A DNA stretch of 38,315 nt from a virus (Duplodnaviria > Caudoviricetes). Numbering within the stretch: position 1 is the stretch's first letter; the number at the start of each line of letters is the position of its first letter. The notes beneath the pieces were generated by a model that ran no database searches, had not been told where the DNA came from, and was given only the letters and a program-made list of their open reading frames with translations. Both the position numbers and the translations under genes were made by a program. The stretch lies in the IMG/VR virus record IMGVR_UViG_3300032221_000163, positions 1 through 38,315 of that record; one strand, 5' to 3'. Shown here piece after piece: positions 36,330-38,315 of this stretch.

Positions 36330-36812
36330 ATGCGGATTGTGTACAAGAGTGGGAGTGAGGGGAGGCTGAAGCCGGATCACGAGGTGATGGATAAGTGGCG
36401 GGAGAAGGTGTTGCGGATGAGTGCGAGTGAGTGTGAGGGGGTGATACAGAGGATGAAGGCGAGGAACCAGGGGGAGTGGAACGTGAATACGAGGGCGGTG
36501 TATGGATTGCTGAGGGAGCGTCAGCGTTGGTGGAGGGAGCAGGCTGGGATTCGCTACGGGTTGCTGCAGCACGAGGCTGACCGGAGAGCGCAGGAGCTGA
36601 TTGATGAGATTGGGAAGGAGAGGGCCAGAGAGGAGGAGGTGCTGTTGAGTCCTGCGGAGAGGGAGGAGGCGAAGGAGAGACGGGAGAAAGCGGGAAGGAA
36701 CGGAGCGTTAGGGGGGCAACCGCGGTGGACTGACGATCTAGCCAGGAGGCGGGAGTGGGGAAGACAGCAGCGGCTGAGGAAGGAGGAGCAGACGCGTGCT
36801 GGTTGGCTGTAG
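36330..36812 (+). CDS. Hypothetical Arg/Glu-rich helical protein
   Basis: About 160 aa from MRIVYKS; NGALGGQPR segment; lies in very purine-rich sequence so it could be spurious. Confidence 0.45.
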   Translation: MRIVYKSGSEGRLKPDHEVMDKWREKVLRMSASECEGVIQRMKARNQGEWNVNTRAVYGLLRERQRWWREQAGIRYGLLQHEADRRAQELIDEIGKERAREEEVLLSPAEREEAKERREKAGRNGALGGQPRWTDDLARRREWGRQQRLRKEEQTRAGWL

Positions 36813-36903
36813 TTGAACTGGACTGAGTTGTTGGACCCGCTCAACGGAGGGCCAGGGGAGCCGCCAGGGAGGGTGGAGCTGGTGGAGGAGATGAGGGTGG
36901 AGC

Positions 36904-36941
36904 AAAAGGAAACCCCGCCTACCAACTGGGGGAGGCGGGGT
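36904..36941 (-). terminator. Intrinsic terminator after the ParB-like genes
   Basis: Minus strand ACCCCGCCT-N12-AGGCGGGGT-TTCCTTTT. Confidence 0.6.
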
Positions 36942-36970
36942 AAGGGGAAGAAGAAGGGGAGGGGGAAGGG

Positions 36971-37603
36971 TTAGGGATGCCAGTAGAGGTGAGCCTTGCC
37001 GCGGTCAACGACGCGAATGCGGTTGGCTTTGAGGAGGCGCTGGAAGTAAGGGGAGAGTCCGCGGTTGGTTTTGCCAAAGTGCTGCTCTGCTTCTGCTCTG
37101 GTTACCGGTCCTGGGGATGAGCAAACGAAGAGAGCCACCGCCTCCATCACTGTCCTGTTAGAGGTGTTAGAGGCAGCATTGCAGGTTGAAGGCTCACTGT
37201 TAGAGGTATTAGAGGCAGTGGCGCTGTTAGAGGTGTTAGAGGTGTTAGAGGTGTCTTCCCTCCTGGCTTCACTGTCCTTCCACTTGCCGCGGCCAGTTTC
37301 TTCGATCACATCCCGGACCTGTTCCATTTCCCAGTCGCGGTCATAGCCGAAGGGCACCTCGCCAACACAGGAGTGCATGGTGAGGTAGCGAATGCGTGGT
37401 TGAGTGTTGAGCTCTTTGGCGAGCTCCAGTCGAGTACGGCCATCCAGGATGTAGCCGTCAGCTGTCACGAGGATTTCAGATAGCTGACCGACTCGTTCCA
37501 TGGACTTGAGGAGGCTGCGCCGAGCTGATGCTTTCAGCGGTGGGCGAAGCTCCTCAAGCAATGGATGGGGCTTGTACTCGGGTGGTTTCCGAGAACGTCC
37601 CAT
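36971..37603 (-). CDS. ParB/Srx-like N-domain protein with Ser/Asn/Thr repeat linker and C-terminal winged helix
   Basis: Start MGRSRKPP at 37603; HPL....PPL.......L..SM...GQL..I.V..DG.ILDGRTRL; C-terminal VTRAEAEQHFG......LS..FQRL......I.V...G....YW. Confidence 0.65.
   Translation of the reverse strand: MGRSRKPPEYKPHPLLEELRPPLKASARRSLLKSMERVGQLSEILVTADGYILDGRTRLELAKELNTQPRIRYLTMHSCVGEVPFGYDRDWEMEQVRDVIEETGRGKWKDSEARREDTSNTSNTSNSATASNTSNSEPSTCNAASNTSNRTVMEAVALFVCSSPGPVTRAEAEQHFGKTNRGLSPYFQRLLKANRIRVVDRGKAHLYWHP
37156..37251. repeat. Seven 9-bp repeats T(G/A)TTAGAGG in a 2+2+3 arrangement
   Basis: Copies start at 37156, 37165, 37198, 37207, 37225, 37234 and 37243. Confidence 0.85.
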
Positions 37604-37607
37604 GGCC

Positions 37608-38315
37608 TCAAATCCGGAAAGGATTGATAGCGGGGATGTTGAGACCGGAGATGTCCAGGCTCTTGCCACGGGTCAGGCTGACATTGTTGATGTAAGCGTG
37701 AAGACCCACCAGCACGTGCTTGTACTGGACGAAGGTGCGCAGCTGCTTGCCGTCCCGCGCCAGTTCGTTCACGTATTTGTGGAACTGGCAGGGGATGAAA
37801 TCACCGTGCTTGCTATCGGTGGGGCGATCGCTGGCCGGGGTGTTCTCCCACATGATCGAGAAGAAATCAGCGACCATGCCCTGGCGACCGTTGAGCTTGT
37901 CCCAACGCAGCGCTTCAGCAGCAGCGGCGGTTGGAATTCCAAGGTTGCGCTTGTTGGCCACCAGCAATTTGCTGGCGTTGCCGAGGTAGGGACCCCACTC
38001 GTCATCGAGCGCAATCAGCTCGTCCACCGAGGGTGTGGCCATGGTGGCGGTGACGGTCCAGCTGGTGCCAAGGAGGCGGAGTGCCTTGGACTGGGCGCGG
38101 CTCATTTTGTGGCCGAGGAGCGTGGCGATGTCAGCGCCGATGCGCTTGTTGCCCTGGTCCATGGCCTTTAGGTCGGCCTGTTCAACATCGACGCGGACCA
38201 GAAATTCCTGGGGCTTTTCGGAGAGAACGACAGCGTTGAGGCGGTGTTGACCGTTGAGCAGAAGGCCGTCCTTGCCGATGCAGATGGCGTCATTTCCGAC
38301 GAGCCACTCGCCGCG
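37608..38315 (-). CDS. ParB-like (GQHRL-type) N-domain protein, 5'-truncated
   Basis: Frame is open to the window end; manual translation RGEWLVGNDAICIGKDGLLLNGQHRLNAVV...MDQGNKR. Confidence 0.7.
   Translation of the reverse strand, partial: RGEWLVGNDAICIGKDGLLLNGQHRLNAVVLSEKPQEFLVRVDVEQADLKAMDQGNKRIGADIATLLGHKMSRAQSKALRLLGTSWTVTATMATPSVDELIALDDEWGPYLGNASKLLVANKRNLGIPTAAAAEALRWDKLNGRQGMVADFFSIMWENTPASDRPTDSKHGDFIPCQFHKYVNELARDGKQLRTFVQYKHVLVGLHAYINNVSLTRGKSLDISGLNIPAINPFRI

Noticed and set aside
1-38315. Photosynthesis or metabolic auxiliary genes and terminase
   Set aside because: No psbA, hli, talC, nrd or terminase motifs were recognised; the window is incomplete, so absence from the genome cannot be claimed.

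Overview
Most of the genome of a temperate T7-like podovirus (Autographiviridae type). The host is probably a picocyanobacterium (Synechococcus/Cyanobium), inferred from high GC, cyanobacterial AbrB-type domains and a picocyanobacterial-looking tRNA(CAT) fragment. The minus strand runs from about 35.0 kb to 12.9 kb: small early genes, a MarR-like regulator, tyrosine integrase, an intact attP (5' half of a tRNA-CAT), single-subunit RNA polymerase, SSB, endonuclease I, primase/helicase, exonuclease, portal, scaffold, major capsid, tail tubular A/B, a gp14-like protein, an AbrB-like regulator and a class 3 lipase. The plus strand (1-12.9 kb) holds the large internal virion proteins, tail fibre and a holin-like gene, converging on the minus-strand block, which is unlike the usual single-strand T7 layout. 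There is no DNA polymerase at its canonical position, and no terminase, clear endolysin or photosynthesis gene in the window. The right end has a repeat-rich non-coding region (possible genome-end junction) and two tandem ParB-like genes. Main unexplained signals: a dispersed 15-bp near-palindrome (TTGACAGCATTCAAC family), three covarying stem-loops between early genes, an attP geometry that would rewire the host tRNA and the phage RNAP on integration, and iteron-like 9-mers inside a ParB-wHTH gene. All calls come from manual motif recognition; no searches were run.
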